64,000 nucleotides of DNA from Heterodontus francisci (taxonomy: Eukaryota), in assembly GCF_036365525.1 (NCBI RefSeq), contig NC_090391.1, forward strand, positions 79,434,085 to 79,498,084. The letters run 5' to 3'. The notes below the pieces were generated by a model that did no database searches, had not been told where the DNA came from, and worked only from the letters and a program-made list of their open reading frames with translations. This document shows positions 49,451 through 61,373 of this stretch, piece by piece. A program made the translations under genes and the position numbers. Every line of letters begins with the position of its first letter. Position 1 is the first letter of the stretch.

Positions 49451-51699
49451 AATGCTTCAGCCATTGGTCTTCCCAATGTAGAGGACACCACATTGTGAGC
49501 AGCGAACCCCATCTACTAAATTGAAAGAAGTACATGTAATTCGCTGCTTCGCCTGAAAGTGGTGTTTGGGGCCAGGAATAGTGATGAGAGAAGAGGTAAA
49601 TCGGCAGGTATTACACCTCCTGCGATTGCAGGGGAATGTGCCATGGGAAGGGGACGAGGTGTTGGGGGTAATGGAGGAGTGGACCAGGATGTCACGGAGA
49701 GAACGATCCCTTCGGAATGCTGACATGGAAAGGGAGGGGTAGATGCATTTGGTACTGGCATCAAGCTGGAGGTGGCGGAAATAGTGGAGGATGATCCTTT
49801 GGATATGGAGGCTGATGGGGTGTAAAATAAGGACAAGGGGAACCCTGTCGCGGTTCTGGGAGGGAGGGGAAGGAGTGATGGTAGAGGTGCGGGAAATGGG
49901 CCAGACACGGTTGAGGGCCCTGTCAACCACAGTGGTGGGGCGGGGGTGGGGGGGCGACCCTCGGATGAGGAAAAAGTAAGACATATCAGAAGCGCTGTCA
50001 TGGAAGGTAGCATCATCAGAGAATATGCGCCGGAGATGGAGAAAGTGTGAGAATGGAACGGAGTCCTTACAGGAGGCAGCGTGTGAAGAAGTGCAGTCGA
50101 GGTATTTGTGGGAGTCAGTGGGCTTATCATGGATATTAGTAGACAGCCTATCCCCAGAGATGGAGATAGAGAAGTCGAAGAGGGGAAGGGAAGTGTCGGA
50201 GATGGACCACGTGAAGGTGAGGGAAGGTTGGAAATTAGAAATAAAGTTGATAAAGTTTTCCAGTTCGGGCGGGAGCAGGCAACTGCACCAATACAATCAT
50301 CAGTGTACCAGAAAAAAGATTTGGGGGAGGGGGACTGAGGAGGACTGGAACAAGGAATGATGGACATATCCCACAAAAAGACAGGCATAACTAGGACCCA
50401 TGCGCGTACCCAAAGCGACACCTTTAACTTGAAGGAATTACGTGGAGTTGAAGGAGCAGTTGTTCAATGTGATTAGATTAGATTCGAGATACAGCACTGA
50501 AACAAGTTCAGCCTGGCGGAGGAGGGTGGTGGTGGATGGGGACTGGTTGGGTCTCTGTTCAAGGAAGAAGCGGAGAGCCCTCAACCCGTCCTGGTGGGGG
50601 ATGGAGGTGTAGAGAGATTTGACATCCATAGTGAAGAGAGGGTGGTTCGGAACAGGAAACTGGAAATTGTCAAATGAGGTCGGGCGCAAGAAGTATCACG
50701 GATGTCGGTGGGAAGAGACTGGACCAGATGAGAAAAGATAGTCAGGATTGGAAGAAATAAGTTCAGTGGGGCAGGAACAGGCTAACACAATGGGTCTGCC
50801 AGGGCAGTCCAGTTTGTGGATTTTGGGAAGGAGAAGATGAAATCAGTCAAACATGTTGTATCCTGTGTCAATGTAGAGGACACAAAGGGAACAGATTGCG
50901 AGACATCGTAACGTGTTACACTCAGAGGGTGGATTCAAACTGCTGGCCTGGGGTTTTTCTAGGTGGGAAGGGAACCAGTCCCAATCCCAAACACTCTCCC
51001 CTCCCTCTCTGCCGGGGAATGGACCTCTCTCTCAGTCTGGTGTGTGTGGGTTGTGTGTTCTCAGTATCCCTCTGACTCAATCTTGATCACTTTCAATCCT
51101 CTGTTTTCTAAGCGGCATTTGTTTGTCATGGGATGTTTCTGAGAATGTCGGTGCAACTGAGACAGGAAGCTCTGGAATCTTTCTTTACCTCTTCTTAAGA
51201 AACTCTTATTTTGATTCATCCAATTTTCGTTTTCCCTTGCCTCCTGGGAACATTTGTTCTTACTTCGAAAAATGTCATGACAAGATGTAAAGAAGAGAGA
51301 GCTTTGGGATGAGGAATTTTGTTGGACAGTATCTTCCTCTTCCTTGGACAGAGGCCTTCACTCTGAAGCAGCATCGTATGAGTCTCTGTCCGTTTGTGTC
51401 TGTTTATTACACTGAGAGTGAATTTCCTCTCCAGGAGCTCAACTTTGGTGCCACGGTTAAACGTGTTCCTGTTGTATTTCGGCGCTTGAGTTGTGCAACT
51501 GGTTTAACCCTTTGGTTAATTTCGACCTGGCCTTTCAATGTGACACAAACAGGTTAATTCACGATGCAGAATAGGGAGTGTCCACCCCTACAGAGAAAAT
51601 GTTGATGCCATCAAGAAGACCCTATGCGAAGATTTCTTATGAGTCCCGAATAATACTTCTGTTTCCGGGCAGTGGAATTTAATCAATGGTTAGGTGATA

Positions 51700-53545
51700 T
51701 GCACGACAGCCATTTTAAAATAAGAGCACATCGTGGTGGTCATTTGAAGTATTAACTTTCTGTGGCAGTGATTTTAACTGACAAGCAGTGCTGCCATTTC
51801 AATTGATGTGCAGTGTCCAGTTAAGTGTTATGCATTGTGGCCATTTTAAGTTACAGGCAGTGTGGCATTCTTAATATGAATGTGTGCAAACATTTTATGT
51901 GACAGGCAGTGCGACCATTTTAAGTGATATGACAGGTCAGAGGCTAGGAATTCTGCGGTGACTAACCCACATCCATTCTCCCCAATGTCTGTCCGCTATC
52001 TACAAGGCAAATGTCAGGAGTGTGTTGGAATACTCCCTACTTGCCTGGATGGGTGCAGCTCCAACAACACTGAAGAAGCTCGACACCATCCAGGACAAAG
52101 CAGCCCACTTGATTGTCACCCCATAGACAAACATACACTCCCTCCATCACCGACACACAGTGGCAACAAAGTATCCCATCTGCAAGAGGCACTGCAACCA
52201 AGGCTCCTTAGACAGCACCTTCCAAACGGTGAATTCTTCCACCTAGTAGAACAAGGGCAGCAGATGCATGGGAGCACCAGCACCTGTAAGTTCCCCTCCA
52301 AGTCACACACCATCCTGACTTGGAACTATATTGCCGTTCCTTCACTGTCGCTGTGCCAACATCCTGGAACTCCCTCCCTCACAACATTCTGGGTGCCCCT
52401 GCACCCCACACGGACTTCAGCAGTTCAAGATGGCAGCTCACCGCCACCTTTTCAAGGGTAATTTGGGATGGGCAATAATTGCTGGTCTATCCAGCGATGA
52501 CCACATCCCAAGAATAAATAAAAAGAAGACAACTTAAGTTACACTCATTGTGGTGATTTTAACTGACATTTGTTATTGCCATTTTAAATGATGTGCACTA
52601 TGGCAAATTTAAGTGATGTGCATACGACCATTTTAAGTGACATGCACTGCGGCCGTATTAAGTGATATGTAATGCGACCATTTAAAGTGATATATAATGC
52701 AACCATTTAAGTGAGGTGCAGTGTGGCCATTTTAAAGGATATTCAGAGCGACAGTTTTCACTGATAACCAGCGCGATCATGGTATGCCATTTACGATGCG
52801 ACCACTTTAAAAGATCTGCAGTTTGACGATTGCAGGTGATATGTGGTGCAACCATTTCAAGTGAAATTTGTTGTTTCCATTTTAAATGATGTGCACTGTG
52901 GCCCTTTTAAGTGGTGTGCACGCAGCCATTCAAGTGAGATGCAGTGCGGCAATTTTAAATGACTTGCCCTGCAGCCATCTTAAATGATATGAATTGCGAC
53001 CATTATAGGTGACATGCTGTGCAGCAATTTTAAGTGACATGCACTGCAGCCATTTTAAGTGAAATGAAGTGCGACGATTTGAAGTGATATGCTCTGAGGC
53101 CGTTTCAAAGGATATGCAAAGCAATAATTTTAAGTGACATGCCATGTGGCCATTTCAACTGATATGCAGTGCAACCATTTTAAGTGAGATGCAGAGTGAC
53201 CATTTTAAATGGCATGTACTTCCGCCATTTTGCGTGATATGCACTGCAACCATTAATGTGACATGCAGTGTGACTATTTTAACTGGCATGCATTGCGACC
53301 ATTTTAAGTGACTATCAGTGCAGCCATTTTAAGTGACATGCATTGTGGCCATTTTAAGTGGAATGCAGTGAGGCTATATGAAGTGATATGCCCGCTGGCT
53401 CTTTTAAATGACATGCACAGGTGACATGTTCTGCCAGCATTTGCAATGACATGCACTTCCGCCATTTTAAATGATATGCACTACGGCCATTTTAAGTGAT
53501 ATGCTCTGTGGCTATTTAAGTGTCATACACTGCGACCATTTTCAT
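51700..53545 (+). repeat. 25-bp satellite (ccattttaagtgatatgcagtgcga), roughly 45-50 units, interrupted by a LINE 3' fragment
   Basis: CCATTTTAAGTG recurs about every 25 nt in 51700-51930 and 52540-53545. Confidence 0.9.
51931..52530 (+). mobile_element. CR1-group LINE (second family) 3' fragment
   Basis: Homologous to 24380-24980 and 6650-7215; ends ccacatcccaagaataaataaaaa. Confidence 0.8.
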
Positions 53546-53584
53546 GGTTTTCTGTCCACAGCAGTAAATGAATGAGATGTAGCT

Positions 53585-53925
53585 GGTTATAAATGAGTAT
53601 AAAGGTTCATAAAGGATAATAAAGGGTTAACAAGGGTTATAAAGGATTATAAACAGTTACAAACGATTATACAACCATAAAGGATTATAAAGTGCTATAA
53701 ATAATTAAAAAGGATAATAAACTGTTGAAAAGCTTATGGAGGATTCTACAAGTTACAAGGGATTATATAGTGCTCCAAAGGATTAAACTGAGTTACAAAT
53801 CGTCATAGCGTATTAAAAAGGGTTCAAACGGGTGTAACGGTTCAGAATGATTATAAATGGTAACAACAATTTATAAAGGGTTCTGAGTAATATAAAGAGA
53901 TTTTCAAGATTACAAACGATTATGC
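53585..53925 (+). repeat. AT-rich ~10-11-bp degenerate repeat (aaaggattat)
   Basis: aaaggataat aaagggttaa caagggttat aaaggattat aaacagttac aaacgattat... Confidence 0.75.
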
Positions 53926-53929
53926 AAAA

Positions 53930-54493
53930 TTCTGCCTGTCGTTTCCCTGTCACCATGAGAACAGACCTGGCCCCCACACACTCTTTACCAAGGGAACAGA
54001 CGACACCCCCATTCTCCAGTCGCAATGGGTAACGAGCTCCGCCTTCATTTCCTCGCCACCATGGGAAACATGGATCGCTCCCATTCCCCCGTCATCATGG
54101 GGCAGAGAACCTGCCCCCAATCTTCCGTCACCTTGGCTTCAGGCCCCAGCCCTCGGCTGTCACTGTCGCGACAGACCCTGTCCCCGTTCAGTGAACATAG
54201 CGACAGGCTCAGCCACACCCCCCCATCCCCGTTCTCTCACCATAGCGACAAGCCCCACCCCCGCTTTGTCACCATAGCTTCAGCTCGCTCCTCCGCGCAG
54301 TCAACATAGTGACAGGTCCCACACCGCTCTGTCTCGATTTCGGCAGGACCGTCCCCGCTATGTCACCACAGTGACAGGTCCGACACCCGCTCTGTCTCGA
54401 GAGGCAATCCCCGTCCGCCGCTCTGTCTGCAGAGTGTCAGGCCCCGCCCCTGATCTGTATCCATAGTGACAGCCTCCCCCCCCCCCCCCCCCC
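53930..54493 (+). repeat. GC-rich ~31-33-bp repeat with an internal palindrome, ending in a poly-C run
   Basis: ccgctctgtc-type motif recurs at 54261, 54293, 54324, 54355, 54387, 54418; consensus ctgtcac-cata-gtgacag. Confidence 0.75.
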
Positions 54494-54522
54494 AGCTGCT
54501 GGAAATAGTGATTCAGTGCCTC

Positions 54523-55381
54523 TCATCTCTGAATGAGTTTACCAATTGCAGGAAAGGAATATTTCAGCACATTCTTCAACTGCTCTTTGAACTGAGTCTG
54601 GGTCACGGAGCAAATCGCAGTGTTTGTGCAGCAACTCAGGAGCTGCAACATGAAACCCGATTCCTGCAGAAACACAGCTAAATAAGCAGACACAGACCCC
54701 AAATGCTCCATCCGGTTCCATATCTAGTTCACCATGAACAGGGTCCATAACAGAATGATTCCCCGAGAGAACTAACAGTACAATGATGGATTTCCTTCGA
54801 TTCTCCATCTCTGGGTCTCTGCGACTCTCCCCGCTGCTGTGAGCCCAGAGTCTTCTGCGTCCTCTGCGGTTCACTAAAATGTGCCTGACTGTGAGAGCGT
54901 TGAGCAGCAGAATCACCACAAACGGGAGCCCCGGGTTTAGAATGTAATGGAGGAACTCGATTGTTCCCCAGAAACGAGATTCTGCAACATCCTCAGTTGC
55001 ATTACAAAACCAGGGGATGTTCCCCAGCCGACATTGACTTGTTAACATAAAATACCAGTAGATGTTATTTAAACAGCTCATCACAGTCACTGTTCCCAGC
55101 ACCACAGCAGCCGTTTTCTCGCTGCAATATTTACTTTTCAAATTCTGGCAATGAATGGCCACAAATCAATCAAAGGTGAAAGTGACGGTGAACCAAACAG
55201 AACAGTCTGTGGCTGCATTAAGCAGGATGGCGTGGATATTACACACGGGAATGAACAACAGGAACTGAAGCAGTTCCCAAAGAAGAATGGCAATGTGTCT
55301 CAATATCAGGTCGAGGACAATGACCATTAGATCCGCCACTGATATGGCCACCAGGTCGCGAGTGACACATTTGGTGAGACC
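54523..55381 (-). pseudogene. Pseudogenised exon 2 of a GPR139-like GPCR (copy C)
   Basis: ORFs 55166..55471, 54539..55162 and 54523..54711 are paralogous to gene B exon 2; TGA replaces the Arg of DRF (55166-55168); 2-nt deletion in TM6 near 54757; a further TAG near 54725; acceptor and first ~14 codons deleted. Confidence 0.9.
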
Positions 55382-55389
55382 AGTCCGTT

Positions 55390-55550
55390 TAAAAACCGTT
55401 CCTTCTCTCATCTCTCCCAGTTCTGATGAAGGGTCACTGACCTGAAACATTAACTCTGTTTCTCTCTCCACAGATGCTGCCAGACCTGCTGAATATTTCC
55501 AGAATTTTCTGATGTTATTTCAGATTTCCAGCATCTGCAGCACTTTGCTC
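55390..55550 (+). mobile_element. Penelope terminal fragment (paralog of 43105-43260)
   Basis: agttctgatgaagggtcactgacctgaaacattaact...ccacagatgctgccagacctgctg. Confidence 0.75.
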
Positions 55551-57279
55551 TTGTATAGAAAGTTAAATGTTGGACTGACTGATAGATTCCCTCACCTGTG
55601 ACAGGCAGCACCGAATTCAATTATTTCTAAGCAATAATTGGGAATGAGTCCACTGAAAAATCAATTCAACAAATTATCTCAATCGTCACTAGGTTAACTT
55701 TTAACCAGGGAAATTATCAGGAAATAATGCATCAGTTAGGAGTAGAAAACACAGCTTGACAGCTTGAAGGATTTCGGGTTAGATTTGTACATTTGTTACC
55801 ACGTTCTGTATGTCTCTAAGTCTTGCACCAGTGACAGGGATTTCTGCTCGAAACAGAGAGTTAAGTTTAGCGGAGCCAGCAGAGTTTGTAACAGCGGACT
55901 GAAAATATGAGGTGAGCCCGACTTGGCAATTTGGAGCTCACACAGTGCAATTCAGTGGCGCCCAGGAAGTTAACTGCCTGGTGCCCTTGTCGGCATCACT
56001 TTTAGGATGGGGATCCCACCTGCCAAAGTTACTGAACAATCAGAGGGCCAACAGCTCAGCAGTATTGGCAACACCACCAGGAGCAGTGGAACTGCTAGCA
56101 CTGTACCAGGCCTGTGTTCACGACCATCACTGGGGACCTAGACCCTAGGCAAATGTGGCCAGGACACCAGGGCCAGTCAGATAGTCGGGGCCACTGCCAG
56201 TAATTTACCAGCCCGAGGACCAGGAGCATGACTGGAGAGCCTGGACCCCATGTAAGTGTTTGTGGTCCTCTGGGTCTGGTCAGGGAGTGGGTTTCACTGC
56301 CAGAACTACTCCAACCCTGAAACCCGGACTATTACTGGAGTCCCAAATCCCAGATAGGTTTAGGGGTTTCGTGGGGACCCGTCAGAGTCTGTGGCCCACT
56401 GTCCGTACTACACCAGACCTGGAACTAGATGGCATGCTGGACCCCAACACTAAAGGAAAGTGTTGCAGGTTTTCAGGGCCCGTCAATTACCGGGTGCCAC
56501 ACACAGTACTACACAAGTCCAGGGACAAGGAATTTCACTCGAGTTTGGACTTCCGATAAGGCTGATAAGATCAGTCAGGGAACGGGGGGACTGCCAGTAC
56601 TACAGCTGGCCTGGGATCAGGACCATTCCTGGACATCCATAGCCAAGGTATATGTGAGACTGTTGCCTCGGAACTATAACGAAATGGAGGGAGGGAGGGA
56701 CACTGCTCAGTACAAGACCAATGCCTATCCTGGAGACACCAGAGCCAGGTCTGTGTGGTGGGGATGTTGGAGGTAGCTACGGAGGAGGGACAACTGCTGA
56801 CAGTGCACCAGCCCTGGGAAGAGCACCGGATCCAGAACCCGGGACCTCAGATAAATTAGGTGGGATGGCTGCGGCCAGCCAGGGAGCAGGGACCACTGCT
56901 GATACTGCACCAGGCGTGGGATCAGAGCAGCCTTGGAGTCCCATACCCCAGGTCAGTGCTGTGGGGAATCAGGGTCCAGTTTGATATCTCCTGGAAGGCG
57001 GTGAGGGGGATGGCTGATTGCGGGGGAGTTTAATGCAGAAGAAGTCTTTTCTGTTGTGTGCCGGTCCATGGGCCACGTATTACCCCTCGGAGGAGGCCTC
57101 CCCCAATTCTGCAGAGGGGCTGCCTTGTATTGCTGGGCGTCCTGCACAAGTTGCGGGGCTCCCATCAACCGATCGTGTAGTTCCACTTAGAGGCCTCAAG
57201 TGACCTCTGGGTAGGAATGTTGTCTCCATCACCACTGTCTGGGCCCCTCCGCCTTCTATGTTGGCTCCTGGAAACCCAC

Positions 57280-57631
57280 TTTTTAATTTTTGTTTTAGAG
57301 ATACAGCACTGAAACAGGCCCTTCGGCCCACCGTGTCTGTGCCGACCATCAACCACCCATTTATACTAATCCTACACTAATCCCATATTCCTACCAAACA
57401 TCCCCACCTGTCCCTATATTTCCCTACCACCTACCTATACTAGGGGCAATTTATAATGGCCAATTTACCTACCAATCTGCAAGTCTTTTGGGAGGAAACC
57501 GGAGCACACGGAGAAAACTCACGCAGACACATGGAGAACTTGCAAACTCCACACAGGCAGGACCCAGAATTGAACCCAGGTCGCTGGAGCTGTGAGGCTG
57601 CAGTGCTAACCACTGCACTACTGTGCCGCCC
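57280..57631 (-). mobile_element. tRNA-derived V-SINE (HE1-like)
   Basis: Reverse complement closely matches 18104-18452. Confidence 0.9.
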
Positions 57632-59459
57632 TCATTTAATTCCTGGGTTTAAATTATACAATGATGATTGGATTGGGAAATAGAATTTTTTAACCAACGG
57701 ATTTCAACTGGAATCAGGAGTGAATTAAGGAGTTATTAAAATAAGAGGATTAAATCAAACATGAGTAAAAGCAGGTTTATAATTTAGCAGACCCCAGTAA
57801 ATATTGACGAGGAGAGTAACAGATTACAGGAGGTCTTTTATCAACATTGTGGTGAATGACTGTTTTTCAGACTGGAGGGAGGTATACAGTGCAGTTCTCA
57901 AGGGTTCAGTACTAGGACCACTGCTGCTCCTGATATACAATAATGCCTTAGACTTCAGGCTTCAGGTCACTGTGTTGACATTTGCAGAAGTCATGAACCG
58001 TGGAAGTGCAGTGAAGGGTGAGGAAGATGGTAATACAATTCAAGAGGGCATAGACAGGGTGGTGGAATGGCCAGAAACAACAAAAACAACTGCCCATTCC
58101 ACCACCCTGTCTATGCCCTCTTGAATAAGTGACATCAGGAGAGTGAAGGTAAGATGGCCAAAAGCTGGATCAGAAAAGGAGGTTTTAAGGAGTGTCTTAA
58201 AGGCAGAACGTGAGGTGGAGAAGTGTGGAGCGAGTATTACAGAGCTTAGGGCCCAGGCAACTGAAGGTACAACCACCAATGATGAAAAGATTAAAATCAG
58301 AGTCTACTAATAGACGAACACAGATATCTTACTGTCTGGTGGGGCAGATGAGATTACATACATAGCAGACTGGACATGTGTAGTAGGCGGTGCTCCCAGT
58401 GCCTGGCCAGAAAGGCGGGGACAACATCACTTCGACTTTTTCGTACCACCCTCATGCCCTGGAGCGATTCCGCATTTTTTTTCCTGTCTCAGTCGACCGC
58501 GCCAGGATCCAAGTCCCTTTAAATATGAGAATACCACCTCCAAGAGCTTCTGGCCAATAACAGTACTGGCAGTACAGCAGTATCGGCAATGTCAGTGGGA
58601 AAGTTGTACACTGTCAGCACAGCAAAGGTCTTGGACCGAGGCCCAGCGCTAGAACTTGTACCCAGGGTGACTGAGGCGGGGTCACCGGGGCCAGTCTGCG
58701 ATGCCACAGTGAAGGGTATTGGAGAACTGGTCAGAAATTCCAGGGGGAGTGGATGGGAGTTTCATTGTTTCCCGGCTGGGACTCTCCGTGGGCCACAGAT
58801 TGCCCACAGAGGAGGAACCCTCCCACCAAGCCTGCAGAGAGGGTGATCCGTTTTACAAGGCACGCAGCCCATGTGAAGCATAATCAACCACCACGCCCCT
58901 ACCATTGGTTAGGTCCCAGTGGTGGCGGAAAGGGGCTCTCAAATGGCTACTTAAGGGCCACAGTTGGCTTCCGGGTGGGAAGGTCATCATTGGCCAACAC
59001 CCCCCCCACCCCCACTCCCCCGGCAAGCACACTTAGCAAGGGGGCGATGGCAAAGCCTCTGCCCCAGCAAAGCATAATGACTGTCTAGGTCTCCACAAAC
59101 GACCTCAACTTATGGGGGAGCATAAAATCCGACACAGGGAATGGTGAGGCAATGGAGCAATTTGAAAACAAGGATGATAATTTTGAAATCAAGATGTTTC
59201 TGAATCGACAGGCAATGTAGATCAGCGAGCTCAGGGGTGATAGGTGAACAGTGTGAGGTAACACATCAGCAGCAGTGTTTTGGATTATCTGAAGTTTATA
59301 GACAGTGGAATGTGGGAGATCAGCAGAAGGGTTTTGCAATGGTCAAGTCTCGAGGTAAGGAAGGCATGAATGAGTGTTCTGAGGAACGGAGCTGAGACAG
59401 GGGCGAAGCCAGGAGATGTTACAGAGGTGGAAAGAGGCCATCCTTGTGAAAGGGCAGAA

Positions 59460-60795
59460 ATGTGGTTGGAAATCTTGTTTGACACATTAGCTAGATTTCT
59501 TTGAGGATTTCGCAAGCAAAGTTGATGAAGGGGAACCGGTAGATGTAATGTATCTGAATTTCCAGAAGAATTCAATAAGGTTCCATGTAAAATATTATTG
59601 CACAGGATGGGAGCTTGTGGTATTGGGGGTACTGTATTAGCCTGGATTGAGGATGGGCTAACTCACAGAAGGCAGAAGGTCGGGATTCATGGGTCGTTTT
59701 TAGGTTGGAAAGACGTATCTAGTGGAGTGCCACAAGGATCAGTCCTCGGGCCTCAACTATTTATTCTCTATATTAATGACTTGGAGGAGGGGACAGGATG
59801 TATTATCTGCAAACTTGGTAACGATACAAAAATCGGTGGGAGGGCATATTGTGATGAGGACATAAGGAATCTGCAAGGGGATATAAATAGGTTGAGTGAA
59901 TGGGCAAAAACCTGGGAGATGGAGTTTAATGTAGGAAAATGTGAGATCATGCACTTCAGTAGGAATAATCAAAAGCCAGACCCATTATTTAAATGAAGAG
60001 AGACTTCCAAAAAGTGCAGCATATAGGGATCTGGGTGTTCTTGTGTATGAAACACACAACGATAGCATGCAGGTGCAGTAAGTAATTAAGAAGGCCAATG
60101 CAAGTTTGGCCTTTATTGCATGGGAGGGGGGGTGGGTGGGGGGGTGGGGGGGGGGTTGGAGTTTCAAAATAGGGAAGTCTTGTTGCAACTGTGCAAGGTG
60201 TTGGTAAGGCTGCACGTGGAGTACTGTGTGCAGTTTTGGTCCACATATTTAAGAAACGATATACTGGCATTGGAGGCAGTTCAAAAGAGAATCACTCGGC
60301 TGACTCCTGGGATGAAGGGATTGACATATCAATAATGGCTAAAAGGTAGGCCTTTTTCATTAGCATTTACAAAAATGAGGGATGATCTTACTGAAACGTG
60401 CATGATTCAGAGGGGGCTTGACATGGTAGACGTTGAGAAAATGTTTCCACCACTGGGAGAATCTCGAACTGGGGCAATGGTTGCAGAATAAGGAGGGGGG
60501 GGGGGTGGTGGGCTCATTTAAAAATGAGATATGAAGGAATTTCTTCTCTCAAAGGCTGATGAATGTCTGGAGTTTTCTACTCGCGAGAGTTGTGGAGGCC
60601 AGATCGCTGAAAGAATTTATATAGGAGGTAGATAGATTTTTGAAATATTGGGATGTTGAGGGCTATGAGGAGCTGGAACGAAAGATGAGTTGAGGCCTGG
60701 GACAGTTCAGCTATGATTTATTGAATGGCGGGGTAGGCTTGAGGGAACGAATGGCCTCCTCCTGCTTCTATTTCTTATGTTCTTACATTCTTACA
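59460..60795 (+). mobile_element. CR1 LINE RT to 3' end with expanded G-tracts
   Basis: ORF 59598..59996 (SGVPQGSVLGP, YINDL) and ORF 60120..60335 (VEYCVQFWS); (TTCTTACA)n-like tail. Confidence 0.85.
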
Positions 60796-61032
60796 AACCT
60801 CATCTCGGTGTCAAATATGGCACCAAGGTGTGAATAGTCTGGTTGATTCTCGCGCAGTTGCCAGGAAGAGGGATGGAGCAGGTAGCTAGGGAATGGAGTT
60901 TGGAGTGGGGACTGAAAACAATAGCTTCAATCATCTTAAATCTTAATCGGCACAGCAAATGTGTGAGGTAGGAACATAAAGTTCTGGACATACGAAGCAG
61001 TTCAGGTCGCATTTGTGGAGATAGAAACAGAA

Positions 61033-61373
61033 TTAATTTTAGTTTTAGAGATACAGCACTGAAACAGGCCCTTCGGCCCACCGAGTCTGTGCCGACCATC
61101 AACCACCCATTTATACTAATCCTACACTAATCCCATATTCCTACCACATCCCCACCTGTCCCTATATTTCCCTGCCACCTACCTATACTAGGGGCAATTT
61201 ATAATGGCTAATTAACATATCAACCTGCAAGTCTTTGGCATTTGGGAGGAAACAGGAGCACCCAGAGGAAACCCACGCAGACACAGGGAGAACTTGCAAA
61301 CTCCACATCGGCAGTACCCAGAATTAAACCCGGGTCGCTGGAGCTGTGAGGCTGCGGTGCTAACCACTGGGCC
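61033..61373 (-). mobile_element. tRNA-derived V-SINE inserted into a Penelope terminal fragment
   Basis: Near-identical to 57280-57631; the flanks rejoin to match the reverse complement of 41040-41145. Confidence 0.9.

Larger units (their letters stand above)
47030..50830 (-). mobile_element. Penelope-like retroelement (RT, GIY-YIG, terminal repeat) split by a LINE at about 47750-49450
   Basis: ORFs 50438..50689 (LFTMDVKSLYTSIPHQDG), 49516..50421 and 49457..50296 (LPLFD, DKPTD, C-x2-C...C, VRCSQCGVLYIGKT). Confidence 0.9.

Noticed and set aside
50472-50505. 35-bp agattagattcgagatacagcactgaaac insert in the Penelope RT
   Set aside because: An extremely 5'-truncated SINE/LINE tail insertion; ordinary retrotransposition debris.
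51700-53545. CRISPR-like periodicity (also 13895-15015 and 33790-34160)
   Set aside because: Units are degenerate head-to-tail tandem copies with no unique spacers, there are no cas genes, and the context is eukaryotic.
54367-54373. CACAGTG recombination-signal heptamers scattered through the window
   Set aside because: No correctly spaced nonamers noticed and no Ig/TCR segments; expected by chance and within repeats.
55382-55471. Apparent N-terminus MERETELMFQVSDPSSELG fused to the GPCR fragment
   Set aside because: Antisense Penelope-terminus sequence joined by a deletion; the frame ends at TGA in the DRF motif.
60122-60157. G-quadruplex-forming G tract (also 60492-60512 and poly-C 54476-54493)
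   Set aside because: Slippage expansion of short G runs within a dead CR1 or satellite; no sign of function, and homopolymer lengths are error-prone.
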